Shown here: positions 1 through 7,994 of the stretch, piece by piece
Layout of the letters: every line of letters starts with the position of its first letter
How positions within the stretch are numbered: the first letter of the stretch is position 1
Assembly: GCA_017441845.1 (NCBI GenBank)
Contig: JAFRVB010000004.1
Location: 3,684-67,683 of the forward strand
DNA from: Bacilli bacterium
Lineage (GTDB): Bacteria; Bacillota_I; Bacilli_A; RF39; UBA660
Length of the DNA: 64,000 nucleotides
Direction of reading: 5' to 3'
Translations under genes and position numbers: made by a program
Notes under the pieces: model-generated
Told to the model about the DNA's origin: nothing
Seen by the model: only the letters and a program-made list of their open reading frames with translations
The model's database searches: none

Positions 1-381
1 CATAGAAAATATTTAGAAAATATAGATCTATATGAATATGAATTAAAGAAAGAGGCTAATGAAAAAAATAAAAAAGAATATATATTTAATTGCTTATCAG
101 ATATAAATATATTTCCTCAAATACAAGAATACTATATAATGTTAAATTCATTAGGATATGATTATAAGATTGAATATCAAGATAAAACAAGTAAAGAATA
201 TCCTGTTTTCAGGAAAATAATATCCTTCTATGAAAAAGAAAAGAACTATACTGAAGCGATTCGATTATGCGATATTGCAATCAAGTGTGGTATAAAAAAG
301 TACCACGGTAAAACTAGTATTATTGAAAAAAAGAAAAAATTAGAAGAACAAAGTAAGAAGAATAAAAATGAAAAAAAGTAA
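1..381 (+). CDS. 3' end of a CDS that begins upstream of the window; hypothetical protein with a Lys/Glu-rich tail
   Basis: Frame 1 is open from nt 1 to the TAA at 379-381; the track shows only the internal Met at 139. No motif recognised. Confidence 0.5.
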   Translation, partial: HRKYLENIDLYEYELKKEANEKNKKEYIFNCLSDINIFPQIQEYYIMLNSLGYDYKIEYQDKTSKEYPVFRKIISFYEKEKNYTEAIRLCDIAIKCGIKKYHGKTSIIEKKKKLEEQSKKNKNEKK

Positions 382-417
382 TTCGTTTACACTAAACAAA
401 AGAAAAAATTATTTTTA

Positions 418-426
418 TGATATAAT
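418..426 (+). promoter_or_regulatory. Extended -10 promoter element (TGaTATAAT) upstream of the MazG-like gene
   Basis: The sequence tgatataat lies 18 nt upstream of the ATG at 444. No good -35 is visible, which is typical of extended -10 promoters. Confidence 0.45.
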
Positions 427-443
427 TGAATTAGGTGGTAAGG

Positions 444-758
444 ATGAAAGAATTAACTAAAAAAGTAGTTGAGTTTACTCGTGAAAGAGATTGGGATCAG
501 TTCCATTCTCCAGAGAACTTAGCAAAAAGTATTTCAATTGAAGCAGGAGAATTATTGGAATGTTTTCAATGGAATAATGAATATGCTTTGGATGAAGTAA
601 AGGAAGAACTAGCTGATGTTATAAACTATTGTATATTAATGGCTGATAAATTAGGTGTTGACCCAGAAGAAATAGTTCTAGAAAAAATGGATAAAACCGC
701 AAAAAAATATCCGGTGGAGAAAGCAAAAGGAAAAAGTTTAAAGTATGACAAATTATAA
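444..758 (+). CDS. MazG-like (all-alpha, DCTPP1/RS21-C6-type) nucleotide pyrophosphohydrolase
   Basis: About 105 aa. RDWDQFHSPENLAKSISIEAGELLECFQW ... EELADVINYCILMADKLGVD ... KYPVEK matches the small MazG-like family, including its EAxELLE / EELAD metal-binding helices. The track starts at GTG 435; ATG 444 lies behind GGTGG. Confidence 0.75.
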   Translation: MKELTKKVVEFTRERDWDQFHSPENLAKSISIEAGELLECFQWNNEYALDEVKEELADVINYCILMADKLGVDPEEIVLEKMDKTAKKYPVEKAKGKSLKYDKL

Positions 759-1242
759 TATTGACAAAGCTAAAAATGTTTTTAATCAAGCAAATGGTTT
801 TCTAAAATTCATTGATGAAAGTGAATTTATTGCACTTAATCCTATGTATCAAAATCCTTTTTATATTAATTGTTTGCTTTGCTGTGAATTATATTTAAAG
901 GCTCTATTAATATTAGATGGTAAAGATGAAAAATATTGTAAAAAAATGGGGCATAAACTATTAGATTTATTTAGTGGTTTAAAAAAAGAAGATCAAAATC
1001 AAATAAAAACAATATTACAAATAGTAATTGATGAAGATATATTTCAGTATTTAGATAGAATAAATGATGATTTTATAGAAATGAGATATGTTTATGTTAA
1101 TGGGGAAAATATTGATGCTAAAGAATTTAATAATAATTATGCCAAAACAATAGGTTTAATGTATAGATTACAAAACTATACTAGTCTTAAATTATATGGT
1201 AGAGATACCTATGAGGAAGTGAAAAATAATGCTGGTATATGA
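745..1242 (+). CDS. HEPN-like all-helical protein
   Basis: CCELYLKALLILDG...GHKLLDLF and a later EMRY segment resemble classical HEPN helices. The assignment is by pattern only, and no clean Rx4-6H motif was seen. The ATG overlaps the upstream stop by 14 nt. Confidence 0.45.
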   Translation: MTNYNIDKAKNVFNQANGFLKFIDESEFIALNPMYQNPFYINCLLCCELYLKALLILDGKDEKYCKKMGHKLLDLFSGLKKEDQNQIKTILQIVIDEDIFQYLDRINDDFIEMRYVYVNGENIDAKEFNNNYAKTIGLMYRLQNYTSLKLYGRDTYEEVKNNAGI

Positions 1243-3103
1243 AGGTATAAAATCTGGTTTTATTGAAGATGTAGACTTAGGAATAATTGCAGATAAGATT
1301 AGAAATAAATACATTGAAGTCATAAAAAAAAGACCAAGTGCACCTGAATTCAATTCATGGAAAAATTCTATGCAATATATGAGGGGTGTACTAAGTGATA
1401 ATGACATACCAAATAATATTGGTATAGCTATCGAATATAATATTCCGCCAACTGGTTGTAGAATAGATTTTATGATGTCTGGATATAAACAATCTAAATC
1501 AAATGTTGTAATTATTGAGTTAAAACAATGGGATAAAGCAACTGAAGTTGGAGAGATGGATGGGATATATAAAGTTAATACATTCACTGGCGGAGGAATG
1601 AGAGACGTTAATCATCCATCATATCAAGCCATGACATATGCCAACTTAATTAGAGATTACAATGAATCAGTTCAATTAGAAGATATTAACGTAGTACCAT
1701 GTGCGTACCTTCATAATTATTATTTTGATAATGATGATACACTATTATCAAATAATTATAAAGAATATGTAGAAGCAGCTCCATTATTTGGACATAATGA
1801 TGTATTAAAACTAAGAGATTTTATTAAAAGATACATAGAAGATGGGGACGAAGGAAATATTCTCTATGAAATAGATCATGGAAGAATAAGACCATCTAAG
1901 ATGTTACAAGATTCGTTATCACAAATGTTAAAAGGTAATAAAGAATTCTACATGATAGATTCTCAAAAAATTGTATATGAATATGCATTAAGATATGCAA
2001 TAGATACAGTTGCTAGTAATTCTAAAAACGTAATGATAGTTAGAGGCGGACCAGGTACAGGGAAATCAGTCTTAGCCATCAATTTACTCGTAGAATTAAA
2101 CAATAGAAATATGACTTGTTTCTATGTTACTAAGAATGCAGCACCTAGAACTGTTTATGCAGCTAAATTAAGAGGAGAATTTACAGCAACTCACATAAAT
2201 CATCTATTTCAAGGATCAGGAGGATTCTATGAAGAAGAAACAAACAAATTAGATTGTTTAGTAGTAGATGAAGCACATAGATTAAATGAAAAATCAGGAT
2301 TATTTCAAAATAGAGGAGAAAACCAAATTAAGGAAATAATAAATGCTGCTAAATTTTCAATATTTTTTATAGATGAAAACCAAAAAGTAACATTAAAAGA
2401 TATTGGCAGCGAAGATTTAATAAGAAAATTTGCTCAAGAACAAGGAGCAGGTATTTATACATATGAATTAGATAGTCAATTTAGATGTAATGGATCAGAT
2501 GGATATGTTGCTTGGCTAGATAATACTTTAGAAATAAGAGATACAGCAAACTTCGATATAGAGGGATTTGATTATGACTTTAAAGTATTTGATGATCCAA
2601 ATGAAATGAGAAGAGAAATAGAGGAAAAGAACAAGATTAATAATAAATCAAGAATAGTTGCTGGATATTGTTGGGAATGGCCTACAGGTAATACCAGAAA
2701 TGATTCTAATTATCATGAAATCAAAATACCTGAAAAGAAGTTTGAAATTAGCTGGAATCTTGAGTCTGGTGAAGCGTTTGCAATAGGTGAGAATTCTATT
2801 AATGAAGCAGGATGTATTCACACAGTTCAGGGTTTAGAGTTTGACTATGTTGGAGTAATAATTGGTGATGATATGAGATATGAAGATGGACATATTGTTA
2901 CTGATTATACAAAAAGGGCACGAAGTGATAACTCACTAAAGGGAATCAATAGAATAACAAATGAACAAGGAGAAGAAGTGGCTAATAAAATAGCTGATAC
3001 TATAATAAAGAACACATATAGAACATTAATGACTAGAGGAATGAAAGGTTGTTATGTTTATTGCACAGATAAAGAATTACAGGAGTATTTAAAGAATAGT
3101 TAG
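1229..3103 (+). CDS. PD-(D/E)xK nuclease-like N-terminal domain fused to a DUF2075 / Schlafen-group-3-like P-loop helicase
   Basis: N-terminus: GCRIDFMMSG ... VVIIELKQW (D ... ExK). Walker A: RGGPGTGKSVLA. Walker B: CLVVDEAHRL. C-terminus: IHTVQGLEFDYVGVIIG and TLMTRGMKG, typical of the DUF2075 / SF1-like C-terminal domain. The start overlaps the upstream gene by 14 nt and follows GAGGAAGTGA. Confidence 0.75.
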   Translation: MLVYEGIKSGFIEDVDLGIIADKIRNKYIEVIKKRPSAPEFNSWKNSMQYMRGVLSDNDIPNNIGIAIEYNIPPTGCRIDFMMSGYKQSKSNVVIIELKQWDKATEVGEMDGIYKVNTFTGGGMRDVNHPSYQAMTYANLIRDYNESVQLEDINVVPCAYLHNYYFDNDDTLLSNNYKEYVEAAPLFGHNDVLKLRDFIKRYIEDGDEGNILYEIDHGRIRPSKMLQDSLSQMLKGNKEFYMIDSQKIVYEYALRYAIDTVASNSKNVMIVRGGPGTGKSVLAINLLVELNNRNMTCFYVTKNAAPRTVYAAKLRGEFTATHINHLFQGSGGFYEEETNKLDCLVVDEAHRLNEKSGLFQNRGENQIKEIINAAKFSIFFIDENQKVTLKDIGSEDLIRKFAQEQGAGIYTYELDSQFRCNGSDGYVAWLDNTLEIRDTANFDIEGFDYDFKVFDDPNEMRREIEEKNKINNKSRIVAGYCWEWPTGNTRNDSNYHEIKIPEKKFEISWNLESGEAFAIGENSINEAGCIHTVQGLEFDYVGVIIGDDMRYEDGHIVTDYTKRARSDNSLKGINRITNEQGEEVANKIADTIIKNTYRTLMTRGMKGCYVYCTDKELQEYLKNS

Positions 3104-3145
3104 ATACTCTTTTTTCATGGAGATCTATTAAAAAATAATTAAAGC

Positions 3146-3154
3146 TGGTATACT
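3146..3154 (+). promoter_or_regulatory. Extended -10 promoter element (TGgTATACT) upstream of the Nudix gene
   Basis: tggtatact lies in the 70-nt gap after the DUF2075 gene. The RBS AGGTGA is at 3161-3166 and the ATG at 3173. Confidence 0.45.
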
Positions 3155-3172
3155 GTAAATAGGTGATATATT

Positions 3173-3559
3173 ATGATTACAGTAGTAGCTGCTTTAATAA
3201 AAAAAGATAATAAATATTTAATAGCAAGACGTTCTACCGGAGATCCTAATGTATATGGTAAATGGGAGTTTCCAGGAGGGAAAGTAAAAGAAAGTGAATC
3301 AGAAGAACACGCTATTGAAAGAGAAATAAAAGAAGAATTTGAAATGGATATTAAAGCTAAAAAATTTTTGATTAATAGTATCTGTGAGTATCCAACTAAA
3401 ATAATAGATTTGAAATTATATGAATGTGAATATATTTCTGGAGAATTCAATCTTCATGATCATTCAGAATACCAGTTTTTAAATAAAGAGGATATATTAA
3501 AATTAGATTTATGTCCTGCAGATATTCCGTTAGCAAAATATATAAAGGAGAACTTATAA
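3173..3559 (+). CDS. Nudix hydrolase, MutT/NudG-like (deoxy)nucleoside triphosphate pyrophosphohydrolase
   Basis: The Nudix box GGKVKESESEEHAIEREIKEEFEM is near-canonical (GX5EX7REUXEEXGU). The N-terminus VVAALIKKDNKYLIARR..G.WEFPGG is typical of MutT-type enzymes. Confidence 0.85.
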   Translation: MITVVAALIKKDNKYLIARRSTGDPNVYGKWEFPGGKVKESESEEHAIEREIKEEFEMDIKAKKFLINSICEYPTKIIDLKLYECEYISGEFNLHDHSEYQFLNKEDILKLDLCPADIPLAKYIKENL

Positions 3560-3560
3560 T

Positions 3561-6302
3561 ATGAAAAACAAATTTTTATCTAATAAAAACAGCGAGTTTT
3601 TAAATAAAATAAAGGATAATCTTAAAGCATGTAATTCGTTTTATTTTACTGTTAGTTTCATTAAAAAGGCTGGGTTGATATTATTAGAAAGAGAAATAGA
3701 AGAAGCGTTAGAAAGAGGCGCTGTCGGTAAAATAATAACATCAACATATCAAAATTTTACTGATATAAGCTCATTAGAACAATTCTATAATTGGCAAAAA
3801 GAGTTTGATAATTTTGAATGTCACCTAGATTATGAATGTTTTGGTGAAAGTGGATATCATTCTAAGGGATATATGTTTGAATATAATGATTCATTTGAAT
3901 TTGTAGTAGGGTCATCAAATATAACAAGATTTGCACTAACAAAAAACATAGAATGGAATGTTTCTTTAATAGCTAAAGATGATTTTGATTCTTACAAAGA
4001 AGGTTTAAAAGAATTTAATATTTTATGGAATAAAACATTAGAATTAGATTATAAATTAATCGAAAAATATAAACTACAATTAGATTATGCTATTGAAAAA
4101 TGGGATATGGATTATATAAATGCAACTGATACAACTATTAACCCTAATTCTATGCAAAGAAAAGCATTGAGGGAATTAAGAAGATATAGAGATACTGGAG
4201 TGAAGAAAGCATTAATAATTAGTGCAACAGGATCTGGAAAAACATACTTGGCCGCTTTTGATGCTCGTAACTTTGGGGCAAAAAGATTGTTATATATTGT
4301 TCACAGAGAATCAATTCTAAAAGATGCTAGAGATTCGTTTATAAAAATATTTGGAGCTGAAAGAACATATGGCTTTTTCACTGGTAATGAATCAAATCAA
4401 GAGTGTGATTTTATATTTGCAACCAGTAATATGTTAGGGAGACACTTAGATGAATTTGATAGAAATGAATTTGAGTATATTATTTATGATGAAGTGCATC
4501 ACGTGGTAGCTGATACTGGTAAAAAGATTTTTGAATATTTTAAACCAGAATTTATGCTAGGCTTAACGGCTACTCCTGAAAGAATGGATAATCAAAATGT
4601 ATTTGAATTTTTTGACCAAAATGTACCATTTGAATTAAGACTTAGAGACGCGATTAATAATGATTTAGTAGTACCATTTCATTATTATGGTATTAGAGAT
4701 GAATTGGTTGATTATAGTTCTAAAGATAGAATGGTAATAGCGAAAGCAATTGCAGCACAAGATAATATAGAGTTTATTAAAGAACAAATAGAGAAACACA
4801 AAAAAGTAGGAGAAAAATTAAAATGTATTGCTTTCTGTACTAACATACAACATTGTAAGTTAATGGCTGAAGAACTTTATGAAGAAGGGTATAATACAAT
4901 ATCTTTAACAGGTATAAACGATACTGGTGTTAGAATAAAAGCATTTAAAGATTTGCAAGATGATAATAATCCTTTAGAAATAATTTGTACTGTAGATATA
5001 TTAAATGAAGGAGTAGATATACCACAAATAAATATGGTATTATTCCTACGACCAACCGAATCACAAACAGTATTTATCCAACAATTAGGACGCGGTTTAA
5101 GAAAGTACCCAGGAAAAGAATATGTAACAGTACTAGATTTTATTGGAAATAATTATGATAGAGCAGTTCAAATTGCAATGGCGTTAGGAACTTTAAGTAA
5201 TACAACATATATAGAAAAAGCATATTTAAAAGACATGATTAGTACTAATTTTAAGTCTTTAGATATACCTAATGTGTTGATAGATATTGACGATTTATCA
5301 AAAGAAGAAATAATCGAATATATTGATAAAACGAATTTTAATTCTAAAGCATTTTTAGAAAAAGATTATACTAATTTTAAGAATTATATTAATAATGGAT
5401 CATATCCAAGTCACATGGATTTCTTAAATTCAGATGTCGCCCCCGATCTAATTAGAATTATAAAAACTTCATTTAGTGGATCTAAGAATATGTCATATTA
5501 TAATTTTTTAAAAAAGATCAATGAAGAAACAATTCCAATATTCAATGAGATTGAAATAAAAATAATAAACATAGTTGAAGATTTATTACCTATTGCTAGA
5601 TTAGATGAATACCTAATTATAGAACAAGCAATAAAAGAAGGTATTATAGATTTAAAAAGATTAGAAGGACGTAATGCGCACATTACAGAGAAAACCCTTG
5701 AAAATGCATATAATAATCTAGTTAAATTGGGAGTTTTAGAAAACAATAAATTTGATTTGCTAAGAATGAATAATGATGAATTGAAAGATTATTTAATAGA
5801 TACATTGAATTATGGAATAATTAGATATAATAGAGAATTTGGTGAATATGAAGGATTGTTTAAACTATACCGAAATTACTATAAAGAACAAGCATCAAGA
5901 ATTATGCTAAAAAATGGTTTGTTGCAAAAAGGAACTTACTATGAAGATGATGTGGCATACATCTTCGCTGGAATAAAAAAAGATGAAGATGGAAAATTAA
6001 ATTATAAAGATAAATTTTTGAATAGCAAAGTATTCCAATGGGAAAGTATTGCTGATGTATCTGAAAATGAAAAAAGGAATCTAAGAAACGCTAAGAAAGT
6101 TCATTTGTTTATTAGAAAAATGGAATCAGAAGATACAGTTACTTTACCTTATACTTATTTCGGATTAGGGAGCTTTACCAACGAAAGACCATGGTATACA
6201 GAAGAAGATGGAGTAAAACACCCTACATTATTATTTGATATTATCTTGGACAATGAAGTGCCTAAAGAATATTTTGTTGATTTTGAAATATCAAATAATT
6301 AA
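3561..6302 (+). CDS. PLD-nuclease / SF2 helicase / DUF3427 fusion protein with SauUSI-like type IV (modification-dependent) restriction endonuclease architecture
   Basis: N-terminal HKD motif: YHSKGYMFE...VVGSSNIT. Helicase motifs: SATGSGKT (I), IYDEVHH (II), LTATPER (III), QQLGRGLR (VI). The C-terminal region, with FQWES... and KVHLFIRK...PYTYFGLG, is typical of DUF3427. The start is 2 nt after the Nudix stop. Confidence 0.75.
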   Translation: MKNKFLSNKNSEFLNKIKDNLKACNSFYFTVSFIKKAGLILLEREIEEALERGAVGKIITSTYQNFTDISSLEQFYNWQKEFDNFECHLDYECFGESGYHSKGYMFEYNDSFEFVVGSSNITRFALTKNIEWNVSLIAKDDFDSYKEGLKEFNILWNKTLELDYKLIEKYKLQLDYAIEKWDMDYINATDTTINPNSMQRKALRELRRYRDTGVKKALIISATGSGKTYLAAFDARNFGAKRLLYIVHRESILKDARDSFIKIFGAERTYGFFTGNESNQECDFIFATSNMLGRHLDEFDRNEFEYIIYDEVHHVVADTGKKIFEYFKPEFMLGLTATPERMDNQNVFEFFDQNVPFELRLRDAINNDLVVPFHYYGIRDELVDYSSKDRMVIAKAIAAQDNIEFIKEQIEKHKKVGEKLKCIAFCTNIQHCKLMAEELYEEGYNTISLTGINDTGVRIKAFKDLQDDNNPLEIICTVDILNEGVDIPQINMVLFLRPTESQTVFIQQLGRGLRKYPGKEYVTVLDFIGNNYDRAVQIAMALGTLSNTTYIEKAYLKDMISTNFKSLDIPNVLIDIDDLSKEEIIEYIDKTNFNSKAFLEKDYTNFKNYINNGSYPSHMDFLNSDVAPDLIRIIKTSFSGSKNMSYYNFLKKINEETIPIFNEIEIKIINIVEDLLPIARLDEYLIIEQAIKEGIIDLKRLEGRNAHITEKTLENAYNNLVKLGVLENNKFDLLRMNNDELKDYLIDTLNYGIIRYNREFGEYEGLFKLYRNYYKEQASRIMLKNGLLQKGTYYEDDVAYIFAGIKKDEDGKLNYKDKFLNSKVFQWESIADVSENEKRNLRNAKKVHLFIRKMESEDTVTLPYTYFGLGSFTNERPWYTEEDGVKHPTLLFDIILDNEVPKEYFVDFEISNN

Positions 6303-6392
6303 ATTGTTAACAAAAATTGCGAAAGTTCCAATTAAAATTGGTAGAGAATATATTTCAAATAGTATATGATTTATTTGAAAGAAGGGATAATT

Positions 6393-6983
6393 ATGGAAAT
6401 TGGAAAAAAGATAATGGAATTGAGAAAGAAAAATGGTTTTTCTCAAGAAGAGTTAGCTGATAAAGTAGGAGTAACTAGACAAACTATTTCTAAATGGGAA
6501 TTAGGTGAAACTTCACCTGATTTAAAACAAGCTAAAGAGTTATCTAAAATATTTAAAGTAAGTTTAGATGAATTAGTTGATAATGATATAGAAAATATAT
6601 TAATAGAGAAAACATCTAATACTGAAAAATTAGCTGGATTAATATTAAAATTACTTAGATTCTTAATAGTATTTATTATTGTATTACCTATATTAGTAAT
6701 TATATTAAATATTGTAGTCAAAAATTATAGAGAGAATAATTCTGGTAGATTAGTTAATACTTCTATACAATGTACATTACATGATAAAGAATATTCTTAT
6801 GAATTTGAGTATTTTGAAGAAACTGGTCAAATTAAAGCAGCTGGTGGAGATGAATATCTAGCTAATATTACTAATGTTGATAATGAAAGTGATGCTTATG
6901 TAGCATTAGATAAGATAACTGCTTATGTAGAGAATAATAATGGTACCTGTAAAAGAAGTGAACCTAAAGAAGTAAAAGATTAA
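6393..6983 (+). CDS. XRE-family HTH transcriptional regulator with a transmembrane segment and an extracytoplasmic C-terminal domain
   Basis: LRKKNGFSQEELADKVGVTRQTISKWELGETSP is a Cro/C1-type HTH, followed by the hydrophobic helix LLRFLIVFIIVLPILVIILNIVV. The start is chosen at the MEIGKK Met behind GAAGGGA; the track starts at 6366. Confidence 0.8.
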   Translation: MEIGKKIMELRKKNGFSQEELADKVGVTRQTISKWELGETSPDLKQAKELSKIFKVSLDELVDNDIENILIEKTSNTEKLAGLILKLLRFLIVFIIVLPILVIILNIVVKNYRENNSGRLVNTSIQCTLHDKEYSYEFEYFEETGQIKAAGGDEYLANITNVDNESDAYVALDKITAYVENNNGTCKRSEPKEVKD

Positions 6984-6987
6984 TAAT

Positions 6988-7017
6988 AAAAGGCTTAGTT
7001 AAATTAAGTCTTTTTTT
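6988..7017 (+). terminator. Rho-independent terminator
   Basis: aaaggctta / taagtcttt stem (one G-T pair) with a 7-nt loop, followed by a T7 run. Confidence 0.6.
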
Positions 7018-7075
7018 ATTATAAATGATTGTTTTTATTAAAATATGATGTATAATTAATGGGCGAGGGATTAAT

Positions 7076-7912
7076 ATGATAGAGTGTTTATTAGAAGCAT
7101 TAATTGATACATTAAAAGTTATACCTTTTTTATTTTTAACATTTATTGTATTAGAGTATATTGAACATAAATTTACTGATAAGAACAAAAAGATGTTATC
7201 TAAAAATAAAAAGTATGGTCCAGCTATTGGAGGAGTATTAGGCGCAATACCACAATGTGGATTTGGTACAGTCGCAGCTAATTTATTCTCTGCTAGAGTA
7301 ATTACTATGGGTACATTAATAGCTGTTTTCTTATCAACAAGTGATGAAATGTTACCTATAATGATAAGTGAACAAGCTAATATACTATTAATATTAAAAA
7401 TAATAGGTTTTAAATTAATAGTTGGTATTATTATTGGTTATATTATTGATCTAATCTATAGAAAGAATCAAGAAAAAGCAGAAATACATGAATTCTGTGA
7501 ACATGAACATTGTGATTGTGAACATGATGGAATACTTCTTTCTAGTATTAAACATACTATTAAGATTGGATTATTTATTCTTTTAGCTAATATAATTATT
7601 GGATTATTAATCTTCTATATAGGAGAAGATAAAATATCTAGTTTATTACTACATCATAATATTTTAACTTATCTATTATCTAGTTTAGTAGGATTAATAC
7701 CTAACTGTGCTGGTAGTGTTATTATTACTGAGTTATTCTTATCTAATATGATAAGTGTAGGTACACTATTAGCTGGTTTATTAACTGGTAGTGGTATCGG
7801 TATATTAGTATTATTTAGAGTAAATAAAAATTTAAAAGAAAACTTAACTATACTTGGAATACTATACTTTATAGGTGTAGTTATTGGTATATTAGTTGAT
7901 TTCATAATATAA
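7076..7912 (+). CDS. Polytopic membrane protein, ArsP_2-like predicted metal exporter
   Basis: GPAIGGVLGAIPQCGFGTVAANLFSARVITMGTLIAVFLSTSDEMLPIM resembles the predicted 10-TM metal exporter family. The His/Cys-rich loop HEFCEHEHCDCEHDG supports metal binding. Confidence 0.55.
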   Translation: MIECLLEALIDTLKVIPFLFLTFIVLEYIEHKFTDKNKKMLSKNKKYGPAIGGVLGAIPQCGFGTVAANLFSARVITMGTLIAVFLSTSDEMLPIMISEQANILLILKIIGFKLIVGIIIGYIIDLIYRKNQEKAEIHEFCEHEHCDCEHDGILLSSIKHTIKIGLFILLANIIIGLLIFYIGEDKISSLLLHHNILTYLLSSLVGLIPNCAGSVIITELFLSNMISVGTLLAGLLTGSGIGILVLFRVNKNLKENLTILGILYFIGVVIGILVDFII

Positions 7913-7917
7913 TTTAA

Positions 7918-7941
7918 AACAGTCACAAGACTGTTTTTTTG
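7918..7941 (+). terminator. Rho-independent terminator
   Basis: aacagtc-acaa-gactgtt hairpin followed by a T-run. Confidence 0.75.
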
Positions 7942-7994
7942 ACAAAATAAGCAAAAAGTTATAAAATAATGCCTTAACCAAAGGGGAAATAGTT

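Noticed and set aside
411-427. A 17-nt string, atttttatgatataatt, identical to 46761-46777, considered as a repeat or mobile-element end.
   Set aside because: Both copies sit at the expected distance upstream of genes and consist of a T-rich spacer plus a TGnTATAAT extended -10 element. Convergent promoter consensus in AT-rich DNA is the simpler explanation.
1192-1587. 131-aa - strand ORF overlapping the HEPN-like/DUF2075 junction.
   Set aside because: It lies entirely antisense to two well-supported + strand genes. It has a low-complexity Ile/Ser/Leu-rich translation typical of antisense frames in AT-rich DNA, and no SD sequence.
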